From the NCBI RefSeq assembly GCF_947568905.1, contig NC_079172.1, positions 67,704,001-67,768,000 on the forward strand: 64,000 nucleotides of DNA. Direction: 5' to 3'. Positions 1-13,859 of this stretch are shown here, piece by piece (positions within the stretch are counted from its first letter, which is position 1; each line of letters starts with the position of its first letter). Position numbers and translations under genes: made by a program. This DNA is from Ostrea edulis (taxonomy: Eukaryota). The notes under the pieces were generated by a model. It saw only the letters and a list, made by a program, of their open reading frames with translations, was not told the DNA's origin and ran no database searches.

Positions 1-1600
1 CTTCTATTCCCAATCTACTTCACACAAAACGGTATTTTTTTTTTCTCAAAAATTTCTCCTAACTCTTACTTTGATGAAATATTTACAGCATCATTTGAAA
101 ATTTCATAGTAAGTCTACAACCCCCTATTGTAGGGATGTGTTGAATTCTAGTTTGAGGGTACGTAGTTAATTTTTTTTTATGTAAGTGTGGGCAATTTTC
201 TAATTAAAAATTGTGCATATAGTGTTGTCTGGCTGCATTACTTCTTTGTAACAACTTTTTGAAAAATCATGCCAACAACTAGATATTTCTTAACCATTAA
301 GGTGTTTATTTCATCGAAATTGAGGGGAAAATGTCTCTATGAGAAGCGTTTAAAAAGATAATGTTTTATGGAAATATATAAGGAAAACATCTCCCTGGGA
401 ACATTTTGTCACGTGACTGAATAATATATAAACGTTCTGTGCAGCGAATACGTTCTCACAATTAACATACATAATGTACAGTGCTATATACACGTACTAT
501 ACGTATTGTTTCTTAAAATTCGAAACGTCGTCCTACAATACACTATATTGATATGGTTGATACCCAGTTAGATTCCATACGGGTGTAAATATGTATGATT
601 CATATAACATGATACAGCATTCAGTTCTAGTGCATGTTGAGTTCGTACATATATATACCGTGGATGAATGCAGACTCAGCAGAAATGGACAAACTTATAG
701 GTAACGCGATATCTCGAGTTGTTCAATCATAGCAAGACGCAGTTCTTACTGTAGGGCAAAATTTCACTTGTGAAATATTCACCTATACGAAAAGCAGTAC
801 ATGCAATCACAAATAGAGTAATTAACAGAGAGCGCCTTACATACTCACTGTTCCCATTCATAAAGTGAAAAACTGAGCAAGATTTTGTTTTGATGCAGAG
901 TATAACAAGAGACGGTGCTGTAGGAAAATGACCACGTGTACAACATATTTGTATAATGCTTAATATGATTTGACGAGTGTTAAATTTCATTGTAACAAAT
1001 ATTCACGTGGAAATCACACAATCCTTAATAGCTTTGCCTCGCCAGCACCCCCACACAGGCGCGCGACGCGAATACAGTATTTTCATGACATTATATAGCA
1101 ATCCATTCAATAATAAAACATAGTTCATTCAAGGAATTGATAACAATACACATCTACATCAAACATTTATCACTTTCCTCGAGTGTTGAATTGAAAGAGT
1201 TCGCTTGTAAGAGTGAATAAATCCACTAGCGACAGTTTTCCCTGCACTACACCGGGCTCAGAGTGGCCTTTCAGTACACATCAGAACCTCCCACAAAGAA
1301 AACTATGAATTATGAATTTAATAACCTTCAAAAAGTATTAAAATTGATTCATGACTTTTAATCAATTTATGAAACAGACATCCTACTTACCGAGCCGAGG
1401 CATTAATTAGCCTGTGCTGTGTAGATTTAAAATTAGATATGGAAAAACCCATGTTCTAAATTTAGAATATCGCCTTACTACAAACATTATTAACATACCA
1501 TTTCTTTACATGTATTTCATAATAAATATTCGCCTATAGCCTAAGACTTAACATTGTTTAATATTTGGTACATATATTACATGTAGCACTGCATGGCGCT

Positions 1601-2012
1601 CACCTGTACACAGTATGATGGCGCGGATCACCTGTACACAGTATGATGGCGCGGATCACCTGTACACAGTATGATGGCGCTAGTCACCTGTACACAGTAT
1701 GATGGCGCTAGTCACCTGTACACAGTATGATGGCGCTAGTCACCTGTACACAGTATGATGGCGCTAGTCACCTGTACACAGTATGATGGCGCTAGTCACC
1801 TGTACACAGTATGATGGCGCTAGTCACCTGTACACAGTATGATGGCGCGGATCACCTGTACACAGTATGATGGCGCTAGTCACCTGTACACAGTATGATG
1901 GCGCTAGTCACCTGTACACAGTATGATGGCGCTAGTCACCTGTACACAGTATGATGGCGCTAGTCACCTGTACACAGTATGATGGCGCGGATCACCTGTA
2001 CATAGTATGATG
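1601..2012. repeat. 28-bp minisatellite, about 14.7 copies
   Basis: Unit CACCTGTACACAGTATGATGGCGC(TAGT/GGAT) repeated head-to-tail with two variant types; no unique spacers. Confidence 0.95.
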
Positions 2013-2468
2013 ACGTACGTGGTTTGCATTTCAACAGACATATAAATTGTGTATCATTGTCTCTGATTTCAATAAACCAATTTTAAGTACATTTTACTGT
2101 TGTAACCTGATCTAATTCATCATAGTCATTATCAGTGTACTTACAGTGGACGACTGCGCATGTACATTCACTTGTCATTGAAGACGCTGAGATTAATGGA
2201 GTCAAACACAGATCATTTTGAAAAAGTAAGATTCCAGTAAATAATATCGAAAGTAAAATGTAAGGCGGGCCGGAACTGCCACCCGGAACTATTCTGTTAC
2301 AAAACAGAAAATCTGCAAATGTCGGATTCTGGATTTGTATATATAACGGAAACCAGATTAAAGAGTCAATTAAGGCTGATATGTACACATGTATCTGGTC
2401 CAGTTATCCCGGGTTTAATATTTGGATTCCTTGATTATGTTCAACACCTCAATAAAGACAAAGGTTAA

Positions 2469-3928
2469 AGGACACAACGCATGTTTCTAAACTTTTTCAT
2501 TTTTTCAGCAAAATTAACTCTTTTTATGCCTAAAACTACTTTAAATGTGTTTTAAATGAAATATTTTGCGCAGTTTTCGAGTTTGAAAGCGATGAAATTC
2601 AAATCTTGCGATATGCATATTTTCTTTCGCTAGTTTACGCGCCATTTTGTGTGACGTCATATGCGCCCTCGGGTTTGAAAACATCTATTAGCCATTTCAT
2701 AAACAGATTAGATTTAATCGACAAAAAACCAATTGTCACGTTAACGGCTTGTAAATAATAATGCATTAAGATGTTTTGTGCCGTGATCGGGTGTACTAGT
2801 TGTCGGTAGAAAGGATTTAGACTGAGTATTTTTCAATTTTTCGAAGGAAGGTACGAGAAAAAAGACGTGGATATTTTTTTTTGTTGGAGCAAGAACTTTA
2901 CCTTTAAAAACACACCCAGTCACCTTTTCAAACATCGCTTGGACAGAGACCCTGATAAACTGCGAGAAAATGGATATATCGAAGCTATAAGCACTGGTAG
3001 GCCTATAACATACATTCTGTTTTGCTCTTCAAATTCAATACACACTCGGATCAACTGACCTTCACCTTGTAACAACATATATCGACGATACAATGTAACT
3101 TCTACCAACAGGTAGATTTACAACAACAATAAATAAAGATACAAAATAATTGAACTTTTAATTATACAAATAATAGAATATTGTATTTCCTAACTTTAAA
3201 TTGAATTATAAAATTATTTCTTTATTGAACTCGTAGCATATTGAGTGCGTCAGTAGGCTATAACGCCGTGCTCCCACTTCGTACTTCCTAAAGACGTGCA
3301 GATCACAATTCAAAAATAGTAATAAGATTGCTTTATCAAAATAAAATAATGTGATTACCACTTTAAATTTGAATATTTTTATTGATTTGTGTGTGTGTTG
3401 TCTTTTTCTTTTTTTCCGAAATGCACGCGTGACAATAGCTTGGCATAGGGCCTAGTTGTCAACAATTTAACGTAAGGAATAACATCCCCAAACAGTTTGT
3501 AGACAGCGGCCCATATAAACATTATTTACTCACAATATTGCCGATTTTATACACGCTTTACTCGCTATATTTGGGTATTTGCATCGTTATATGTGCGCAC
3601 TGGTGGCGAACACATATAAAACTCGGACAATTTATCAACATCGATTAAAATGTTGCCCATGGTAAATTAATTAGGCCCCTAAAAGTTGAGTTTTTAATAA
3701 TATCTCGCAGTACTTTCACAATCCGAAGGGCGCATGTGACGTCACTGTACCACGTGACTACCTACCTAATTAACTTGACTTTTTGAAATCGGGGCTTAGA
3801 TTTAAGTCTGTATTGTGGTTAAATATCGCAAAATTTCGGCAAACGAACTATTAGAATTAATTACTATAAGCATAAAGAAGACAAAATGCATGTAATATTG
3901 TATACTTTGAAAACATGAGATGTGTCCT
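2469..3928. mobile_element. Non-autonomous DNA transposon, Kolobok-like (TTAA TSD)
   Basis: TTAA|AGGACACAACGCATGTTT at the left end and AAACATGAGATGTGTCCT|TTAA at the right end are imperfect TIRs flanked by TTAA; no intact transposase inside. Superfamily assignment is inference. Confidence 0.6.
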
Positions 3929-4195
3929 TTAAGTTTTATAAATTTATTGATTTAAAGAATTCATTGATGTATTTTGGCAAAAAATGTAAATGATAACAGG
4001 AAACAAATAAATATTAAAAAGAGCTAGATGAATAAATTTGAAGCTGTAAATGTAAATATCAAGAATTTAACTTAGATAAATACTTTGAAACTTACAATGA
4101 AATACAAATGTAAATGAGTCTCAAAAAATAAGAGAGAGGAGAGTAAAGGGATCCAAAAACAGTTCAGTAGATAGTGAAATTGAGGCCTTGTTCAT

Positions 4196-4238
<43 letters not shown>

Positions 4239-4534
4239 CTTTAGGTTCTTTGTCCCTTGCCAAAGTGATATGAATTTACCACTGAATGGGCTTTTATAGT
4301 ACCCATGACCAGTGAAGGTGACCATGTAAATTTATGAGACAGATTTTGATTTGCTAACAAAAATAACTTTAGCCAATAGAAATTACAAAAACAAACATAC
4401 TTTAGGAAACATGATTTCAAAACAACATACATGTGTAAAGCATGTGTTTACCAAATAAGGTTTACTTAGACTTATAATTATAGAGAAATGCACAGAGTAT
4501 ACTTAAATGGAATGAAGGTAAAAGTAATTTAATA

Positions 4535-5215
4535 TTTACTTACTTACTTAGTCCTCTTCGTGCTGGTCAGCACATAAGGCCGTCACCAGAGACTTCCATG
4601 TTGGTCTGTCTTTCGCTCATTTCTGGACCTGTCCCCAACTCCAGTTGTTATCTTTCATTTCTTTCTCCACCGATCTTCTCCAGGTCTCTCTTGGTCTTCC
4701 TCTCTTTCTCTTGCCAGTTTGTGTCCATTTCAAAGCAACCCTTGGGATGGAAGTTGGGTACATTCTGCATATATGTCCTATCCACATCCATTTTCTCTTT
4801 CTGATCGTCTGGGATAGAGGAGTGGTGTTTGTTCTTTTGTACAGTTCGTCATTTGAGATGGTGTTAGGCCAGAAGATGTGCAATATTCTGCGAAGACAAC
4901 AGGTCTGAAATACATCCAGCTTGTTGGAAATAGACTCGGTTACTTTCCAAGATTCAGCAACGTATAGTAGGACCCCAAGCACGTTGCTCTTGAAGATCTT
5001 AGTTTTGGTGTTGGTGCTAAACTTTGTTGACTTTCAGATGTTCCGCAGAGCAGCATACGCTCCTGTGGCTTTAGAAATGCGAGCTTGTACATCTGCCTCT
5101 GAATCCCCCTCAGTGGTGATCTTGCTTCCTAGGTATAGGAACTTGGTTTCATCTTCTATGTTAGAGAGATAGGTTCCTCTGATACGGTGTTGACCTTCAT
5201 GATCTTAGTTTTGGA
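4535..5215 (-). mobile_element. 5'-truncated RTE-clade LINE (RT C-terminus plus 3' end)
   Basis: Translation YLGSKIT...ARISKATGAYAALRNIWKS...VLGVLLYVAESW...CLRRILHIFWPNTISNDEL...WIGHICRM...GKRKRGRPRETWRRSVEKE matches the RTE ORF2 C-terminus; (TAAG)n tail at about 4535-4551. Confidence 0.88.
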
Positions 5216-5334
5216 CGTGTTTATATGAAGGCCAATTGTTTCAGCTGTTTTTGCGAGCTGGGTGGTGTTTTTAATATTTAAGGGCTATGAATTATATTGA
5301 GTGAAAAAGAATGCAATAAATATTTTTAAAAATG

Positions 5335-5374
<40 letters not shown>

Positions 5375-5860
5375 ATATATATATATATATACAGGCACAG
5401 GGTTTTGACACAATCTGAGCAAACTTGTGTATATAGTATAATACGAGTAAAGAGATCTAGCAAGCTGTCATCAAATTCCAGGTTGCTCGCTTCAAAATCC
5501 CCAAAACTTCGGTATTAATCGTGATAATGCATGAAAAGTTTTCCCACTCGAAAGCTAGAATATTGCTCTGTTTTGTAATACAAGGGATCTTTATGAACAT
5601 ATTTGAGGGGATAGAAGAGGAATGATCTCGTTCCTTCAGCTTTTCCATCAGTTTGTCAGAGGGTGGGGCTTATGTCATTGTTAGATACATGTATAAATCT
5701 ATTATCCTCACTTTTTTCTTAATTTTCATCATTTAAACACAATAGCTTTCGTTGCATCAGGGAACCAGACGCAAAGAGAAGTTTTTTTTAAAGGTTTTAT
5801 TTCGTTAGTTAAACTAACACTCGTACACGTTAGACTTCTCCCAATAAACTCACTTTAAAT

Positions 5861-6015
5861 AGATTGATTGATTGTATATTGTTTAACGTCCCTCTCGAGA
5901 ATCTTTCACCCATATGAAGACGTCGCCATTGCCGATGAAGGGCTGCAAAATTTAGGCATATGTTCGGCGCTTATGGCCATTGAGCAGGAAGGGATCTTTA
6001 TCGTGCCACACCTAC
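5861..6015 (-). mobile_element. tRNA-derived SINE, 3' fragment
   Basis: (CAAT)n tail and body shared with the copies at 8201-8360, 12586-12842, 21935-22183 and 38085-38412. Confidence 0.8.
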
Positions 6016-6828
6016 TTTTCAAAGGCTGGAAATTCCGAGATAAATAAAGTAGAATATATGATATACATTTTCAATTTTGAAAATACACGAGGGTGTGAAC
6101 TGTCACGCTTCACCGGTGAAATAAATTCTATATCCAACAACAGGACATTTCTATATACGTATCTATTTGTCTGTCTGTCTGTCAAAAATATAAGTTTACT
6201 TTGAGTTTTATAACTAAGTATTCATTCTTAAATTGAAAATACAACAAAACCATGTTCAATTTCCTGTTCTCTTTGTTTAAAACTGCAACAATGAATATAC
6301 GAATAAATTAAGATTCGACGGTGTAAAACACTCTTTTTGAAAGCCATCTGGGTTAATCACATTATTGAAATTATTACATAAAACATGCACATTTCAGTAA
6401 ATCAATGGGGAAAAATGGAGGAAATGTGTTTAAAAATATTTGGTTCTGAAATGTCCTCTCTCAAGAGTAATTGTTCTTAATCTACCAGGGCTCAATTACA
6501 ATGGGACTATTTTAATACCTGGTTTCAATGAATGCTAACAAGACATTTTTTTAAATAAACAGATAAATAACAATATATAATCGAGGATTAAGGAAACAGG
6601 AACATGATACAGAGAAATGTGAAACGAAGAAAAACGATTGGTAACAATTCAGAGTGAATGCATTTGTGCTATTTCTTTGTTGTTCCAAAACAAAATCAGC
6701 AGATATAAGTTTACACTCTTTAACAATGATGACGACACAAAACTAAAAAAAAAACCAAAAAAAAAAAAACCATGGTCACGCCATGTATAAGTTCACCATA
6801 TCATGATAAAAACTTTGCACCTAGGTCA

Positions 6829-8360
6829 CCACCGCGGTGGCCTAGAGGTTAGAGCGTTCGCCCCGCATGCGGAAGGCCGGGGTTCGAGTCCCGGACGCAA
6901 CAGACCAAAGTCGTTAAAACAGGTGGTGACAGTTCCATCCCTCGGCATCAAGTGTGAATGTCACGGGTCCTCGGAGATGACCTTATCGCAATTCACCTTT
7001 GAATTAGAACGCTTTACCCGATATAGTATTGCGTTGTGTGACGACACAATTGAATGAGACGATTGAACAATTTGAATGACATGTTTGATGTAATACATCA
7101 AGAGTTTTCATTGGCCAATTACAGCCCGCCCACTTTCTCGAGCGGATTCAGTGTAACTGGAGAAATGTACATAGCTCTCTGGAAAGATCCACCTCTTATA
7201 AAAACCTTCGATTTACGGGTCACAAAAAGCTGCGGACGGTTGAGGCCTGAAATCGGTGTATTCTTGTGTTGCTGTCTCACAAACTCAATATAAAAAAACA
7301 TATTTTCCTACTATATACTTGCGTCCAAACATACCTTCAAATATTCATTAAAGCCACACACCACCCGAAAACTCGCAGCTTCAAATGATTTCGTTTGTTG
7401 ACGTAGCCATGTTAGGTAGCTGGTCAATTTGAACTCTTGCTATTGGTACAGTGTATCTATTCATAAAATCGGTTGTAAGTTATGTATTCGCTCTTCATTT
7501 ATTATCAACACGAATAATTAATAGAAATTAAAACATTTTTGTACCAGTTTTTGTAAAGGTAAAATAAGCTCTAGATGAACGAAAATGCTACATAAGGACA
7601 TTAGATGGCGACCGGCCGGCGCGGCCGCTCATGACTAATGAAAGCCGCACTTCCGTGAGTTTAGCTATTTCAATAATTATCATTTAATAGGATTGGGGTG
7701 GTATGTTATTTAAACAATTTAGCTAAAATATGTGTGGGGTATTAGTACACATCTAGACGCTATTGTGCCAATATGGAAATGAACTGGAATTCGAATTGAC
7801 TGGCTACCTAACATACGTCTACGAACGAAATCATCAAAAACTGTGATCCGAGTTTTTGGGTCGTATGGGGCTTTAATAAATATTTGAAGGTATGTTTGGA
7901 CACAAGTATAGTAGGAAAATATGTTAGGATTTTTTAATATTAAATTTATGAGACAACAACACAAGAATATAACTTTTTCTCTTTCTTCCTTTGAAGTTTT
8001 TTTTCCCAATCTAACATCTGGCCGTCATGTTTTCAAATGCTGACTACTCCCTTATAAGGGAATTTGGGCGGACTTATACATATGAACCAATGAGAGTTTC
8101 TGTTGCATTTCGCAATTGTATTACAAACAGATTCAATTGTGTCGTCACACAACGCAATGCTATATCGGCCAAAGCGTTCTAATTCAAAGGTGAATTGCGA
8201 TAAAACGGAAGTCAAGTGATCACAGTGTCACAGTAGGTGTGACACGATAAAGAACCCTCACTGCTCAATGACCGTAAGCGCCAAGCAAAAGCTTAAATTT
8301 GAAGCCCTTCACCGGTCTTGGTGACGTCTCCATATGAGTGAAAAATACAATCAATCAATC
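6829..8360 (+). mobile_element. tRNA-derived SINE (6829-6985 and 8201-8360) split by a DNA element
   Basis: A-box GGTGGCCTAGAGGTTAG and B-box GGTTCGAGTCCC; the body stops at GACCTTA (6985) and resumes at TAAAACGG (8201); ends in CAATCAATCAAT. Confidence 0.85.
6986..8200. mobile_element. Non-autonomous TIR/foldback element with TA target duplication
   Basis: About 70-bp TIRs (TCGCAATTCACCTTTGAATTAGAACGCTT...TGTGACGACACAATTGAAT versus its reverse complement at about 8132-8200), flanked by TA; a further diverged internal inverted segment at about 7260-7355 versus 7870-7970. Confidence 0.85.
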
Positions 8361-9183
8361 TAGGTCACCACGTCATGGTGTACAACGACTATTTAGTGTC
8401 AGTTTTTAAAATTGCTGTCTCAATCGCATACATAATAAATAACGTTTAACCATCTGTATGTAGCTATGAAGTGGGGCGGTAGGTGATAAAATCCGCTGAA
8501 AAGGACTTCGAATTTTACAGGATTTGATCACATAACTATCATACTTCATATCATAAAGACTATTTGTTTCTATATTGCAGGATAAGGTCAGAATGAAAAG
8601 AGAGATGATAGCATCATTGCACAACATTTATTACACGGGATTTCCTGATGGTCAGCAGGTTTATGCATGCACAGACATATGGATCTGGATAGTTAGAGGT
8701 ACGTTTTAAAGGAAGAAGCCAAAATGCATAGTATTGACTTATGAAAATAAACTTTCAAAATCATATTTTGAAGTTGAGAGATCAAAGACCATTAGACATA
8801 ACCTGATGTTGGTACATTTCAAAGATTATTATGATGCTATGATAATAACTTAATTAGATGCTATTTCTTTTATGATGATGAAATGCCACGTCAAAAATAA
8901 AGAAAACAAAAGGAAAAAGAATTGGAAAATCAGGCACAGAGAAAGTTTATTATCTCCATTTATCTTCTTTGTTCATCCAACAAACATTCATGAATTCGTT
9001 TAAAGAAGATCGAATACTGCACATGTGCTTCCATTACTCCGGTGTTTAGCTAGGATTAAATGTATCCTCTATTCTCCATGCCTGCCACGTCTCGAAAGTT
9101 GATGGGGTTCGAACATCTACAAATATCGTAATCAAATGAGATTAGAATAGGAGAATTAACTCATCATTTCAGATTGGTTGGTT

Positions 9184-9185
<2 letters not shown>

Positions 9186-9234
<49 letters not shown>

Positions 9235-9263
9235 AGATATATATAGATAGATAGATAGATAGA
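9186..9263. repeat. Compound microsatellite (TA)n-(TAGATA)n-(GATA)n
   Basis: Directly visible simple repeats. Confidence 0.9.
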
Positions 9264-9309
9264 TAACGAAGTGATCAATCTCATAACTCCTCCAATAATA
9301 ATCACAATC

Positions 9310-9625
9310 TCAAATGCTGTCTGACGTGTTTCATGCCGATTGTTAGTCCGTTCTTGGCACACTGATTTTGACTATGGATAACTCCGTTTACCTGATCAGG
9401 ATATAGGGCTCAAGGCGGGTGTGACCGGTCGACAGGTGATAATAATGTGACAATCGTGTCACAACGATGTAACAATCGTGTTTGCCAATACAACCTATCG
9501 TTGGGTCAAATGCTGTCTGATACCAGAGGTGGGACCAGGTGCCTAGGAGGAGTAAGCATCCCCTGTCGATCGGTCACACCCGGCGTGAGCCCTATATCTT
9601 GATCAGGTAAACGAAGGTACCCGTA
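9310..9625. mobile_element. Two oppositely oriented fragments of an abundant retroelement 3'-end family
   Basis: CAAATGCTGTCTGACGTGTTTCAT...GGGTGTGACCGGTCGACAGG on +, then the reverse complement of the downstream part; same family as 31950-32465. Confidence 0.65.
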
Positions 9626-9884
9626 GTCAAATATCAAATCAAATCGATATATGATTGAAATTAGTATTGGTAAGAGGATCATATCAGGTTCACACGGAAT
9701 TTGAAATATACTAGGCAAATAAGGAAACAATACAACGTAATACTCAGTTACAATTATTGTGGACTTAGATGAAACATACATGTATTTTGTTTGCTAATGT
9801 GCTCTTTAATAATCATCAGATGGTAAGCAAAACGCTAAAAGGTGGCATAGATTTTATACATCATTCCACTGTTTTTCGAGTTTC

Positions 9885-11155
9885 GTAAACTTGCCGATTA
9901 CTTTAACCCAATTACTGTTTTTCGATTTCACGATGGTCTTTAAATGTCCGGTTTAATTGTGTTCACAAAGCGTGATTTAATCGTGCTCTCGAAATTTTTG
10001 TGAAACAATGCCACGGCTAGGTAAGGATGGTTCAGGTAAGAATGTACCAAAATGACGTTGAAGCTCGATTTGGTGTGTCTCGGATAACAATTACGAGACT
10101 TATGAGTCGTCTAAGAACGAATGGCACCAAGAACGACAGACCACGTAGCAGCCGTCCTAAAGTAATTACACAACGTCAAGACCGTCAAATTTGACTAGCA
10201 CATCTACGTAACCGGTTTCTGCCTGCCACTGTTACAACAAACCAGACGGCTGGTAGGCACAGCAACATAATTTCTGCCCAGACGATACGTAATCGGCTGA
10301 GAGAGATATGAATACACCCAAGACGCCCAGTAGTTGAACCTATACAGCACGCTTACACTGGGCCAATGCACGTATATTTTGGAATCGTATTCGGTGGAAA
10401 AAATGTGCCGTTTAGAGATGAAATTCGGTTTCTTCTTCGTCGTGGTGATGGAAGGATAAGAGTCTATCGACGGCAAAAGGATCGATACCGTGACTCTTGT
10501 ACGCCTGAAAGCAATAGATTTGGTGGTGGGAATGTAATGGTCTGAGCAAGGGTCACATATTGTGGACGCACAGAGCTAAATATAATCGAGGGCAGTCTTA
10601 CTTGAGTCCGTTACCGAGACGAGATCCTATCTATTATAGTGCAGCCGTTTATTGCGAAGTTTGGAAATCACCATACGTTTCAGCAGTACAACGCTCGACA
10701 TCGTGTGGTGCACATTTCTATGGAGTATCTCGAACAGAATAACATTGACGTTCTGCCATAGCCGGTGATATCTCCAGATCTCTCACCAATTAAGCATTTC
10801 TGGGATGAGCTTGACAGATGGATGCGCAGACGCCCGAGTCCACCGGAAATGACGGACCCGTTACGAGCCGCATTGCTAGAAGAGTGGAACATCTCACAGG
10901 CTGCAGAGCAAAGACTAATTGCGTCCACGAGGCGCAGATTGAGATAGACGGAAGAGGCGGACATACTCGTTATTAGTCTCAAATTTTGCATTCTGAAGCC
11001 TCCACTTTCATATAACCAATATATTTCATAAAAGTAAAATTTATATATAAATATGCAATTGTTGTTGTCTCTGGTTCACCTTCTTCTGTTTGATACAATA
11101 TTCATATTTCCTACAAGGAATTATATGTTGTCTGTATCGTTTCTTTTTTGCCTAG
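9885..11155 (+). mobile_element. Degenerate Tc1/mariner (Tc1-like) transposon
   Basis: Frameshifted transposase from ATG about 10008: ...RPKVITQRQDRQI..., FRDEIRF, GGGNVMV, QQYNARH (D>Y), SPDLSPIKHFWDEL (E>K); right TIR CGTTTCTTTTTTGCCTAG followed by TA. Confidence 0.9.
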
Positions 11156-11314
11156 TATATTCTGTAAAGCACAAAGATTGCCATGAACTCTTAATTAACT
11201 ATGACTGCCCTAAATGATGAAATATTTTAATATAAAGCATAGAAAAATTCAATATTGTAGGGGTACCCACATCCGTCCCTGCCCGGGGTTGAACTCACAA
11301 CCTGCGGAACCAAA

Positions 11315-11353
<39 letters not shown>

Positions 11354-12585
11354 TATCCACGTGAATACTTACCTGGTACCGGAGACGGTTCTCTAGAGAC
11401 AATTCGTTTTTTACTGCTGAAACACAAGAATGGATTTGTTCACAATACACATGAAGAAATAGATTTCTACATAATATTCCACAAATAAACCTGATGAACA
11501 TCAATTCAAAGATGGCTGGACATAAAAAAAAAATAAGAGTTGTGAGATCGCTTTTTTCTTATAACGATGTATCTACAAATTGTACCTCATCAAAAATCTA
11601 TAGTTTTATTTTCCATTTCATCTTTTACTTTGGAATTAATTAAAATTTAAAGTGAAATAGAGAATGATATTCACATATCACCCTTTTTAAAGTTTGTACG
11701 ACGAAACTTTGAACGTTTTTTACTATAATACTGAACTATAGATATTTGTTAGCGGTGATGCGACCATTTGTAAATCACTCAGCTCCAACTCGGCCGATCA
11801 GAATAGGCGTTAGTGTAAAATCTGTCTACACAGATGTATTATTTTCTTCGTTACGTGATGACGATGTATACATTATGATGGCTTGCTGCACAACAATTGG
11901 AAGCTGTGATATATGCATCTATATAATATCTAAGAGATATTTCTAATTAATATCATTTTCTATTTCACAAACCTTTGTAACTTGTTACTATCTTTCGGTT
12001 AAAAAATACTTTTCCTCTACGTTGGCTGTGTAATTATCTGATCTGACGCTTTGACATTTACCATTGTTTCATCAACAAATGTCAACAGCTACGATAATGC
12101 TCCAGGGTGAGGGACTCTTAAACTTGCATATAAACATAATTAACTGTAATTCACAATTGTAATTTCTTGCATTTGGCAGGGTAAAGAAGGAAAAATTGAC
12201 GATTGACCTTCGGCTGATTCCGCAAAGGAGGACAATTAAAATCACTATTTGATATGTGTGTTACAAACATGTGACTTCACTTATTCAAATTCTTCTCATT
12301 TGTCCGGTTTCGAAACCTCATACAGAGCCAACCAAACGTGTGCTCGAATTTTTTTTAGCAAAAATGTTGTGCATTGAAAAGTCCGGTGCAGTCGATTCAA
12401 CTGTATGATAATACGAAAATGACTATGTTGGAGAGTGATAAATTGGTTGTCACGGCTATTTCAACGAAAAGGAATAATGATTGAATTAGTACATTCGTCA
12501 ACATTTGTAAATATCGAGTCATACGTAAATCTCTAGTTACGTAAATTTAAAAACAAACACCCATGCTCCTTCAATAACGGGTTGA

Positions 12586-12842
12586 TAGTATATTGTTTAA
12601 CGTCCCTCTCGAGAATTGTTCACTCGTATGGAGACGTCACCATTACAGGTGCAGGGCTGCAAAAGTTAGGCCTATGCTCGACACTTATGGCCATTAAGCA
12701 GGGGGGGGGATCTTTATCGTGCCTCACCTGCTGTGACACGGGACCTCGGTTTTTGCGATCTCATCCGAAAAACCGCACCATTTAGTCGCCTCTTACGTCA
12801 AGCAAGGGGTACCGAGGATTCTAACCCGGATCCCCAAGGGAT
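12586..12842 (-). mobile_element. tRNA-derived SINE, 3' portion
   Basis: Same body as the other copies (GTTTAACGTCCCTCTCGAGAAT...GGAGACGTCACCATT...GATCTTTATCGTGCC). Confidence 0.8.
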
Positions 12843-13859
12843 CAATAATGGAAGGTTTTTATCTAATTTACTAAAGTTTTTAGAACATTGTTGTTAAAAA
12901 AAACATCTTACAAGTTATTCGGATTTAGACAAATAGTTGTTTGCAAGATGTTGAAATGCTTACAATTCACAGAAAAAAACACATGAAAATGATGTAACAA
13001 AGTACATGTACTGGGTTTCGATTTTTGCCAGGGAGAATTTTCGCTATATTGTTAAATGATTTGATATGAGTACAAACTTTGATTCACTTTGGATGGAAAA
13101 ATCGATGCTGAATACAACACCAAAACTAGCCTTTAAGAAATGGCATTTTAGAGGAATATAATTGACACATCTGCAACCAAAGAAAGTTCGTCGCCGAATA
13201 ATGTGCCCATCGATCACCAACTTTAGAACTATGATTCGGTAACAAGGGTTGAATATAGGATCTCAACATTCGTAAACGTTCTCTAGACGAAACGGACCGT
13301 GCCATGACCGTTGTCATCGACCCAGTTAACTCCGCCTGAAGAGTCCTTTATAGGACAAATGAGAACTCTGGATTAGATTTCTCAAAACAATCTTAAACTT
13401 AAATTAGAGTTCTCTTTTATTTGGCGGTCAAAATTTGAGTCAAATCTCAGACATCAGTCCAGGTTTCAACTTACTCTTTGTTTTTAGAAATCCAGGCCTG
13501 AACGAACAGATCACTAGCATTCAGTAGTTTGGGTATGTTCGATTGATTGATTACAGTTTTACGCCGTTTTTGCAATATTTAATTCATCTTATGGCGGTTA
13601 ACTAATTGGGGTATGTTTGGTTGTGAGTGTTTGAGTTTCTCTGACGGCCCCCAGTGACTTACTAATTTTTGAAAATTTTGGAAACGGTCTTTTCTGTGCC
13701 AAGGGGCTTGTGATCCTTAACACGGGACGCCCTTTAACATACCATTTGACGGATATTGATTATGTTCGAAAAATTTACAGGGATCCATTAAATCTTTGCG
13801 ATTGTAAAATTAGGTTTCCATTTAAAGTTGGACTAAAATGCCATGAAAATAAATCTTAC

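Noticed and set aside
727-990. Remaining short ORFs (60-120 aa) in AT-rich intergenic and intronic DNA
   Set aside because: They lack motifs, often start at alternative codons or run through microsatellites, and are consistent with chance ORFs.
1601-2012. Regular short repeats suggestive of a CRISPR array (also 17285-18024, 21468-21934, 47516-47727)
   Set aside because: Units are contiguous with no unique spacers, there are no cas genes, and the context is eukaryotic; these are minisatellites.
6829-6900. Possible genuine tRNA gene (also 22826, 38340-38412, 58371)
   Set aside because: A and B boxes are present, but there is no closed acceptor stem and each runs into the same SINE body; these are SINE heads.
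13126-13335. 63-aa minus-strand ORF as the cadherin terminal exon
   Set aside because: The acceptor at about 13335 gives an immediate stop in the phase required by upstream donors, and the peptide has no recognisable features; left unresolved.
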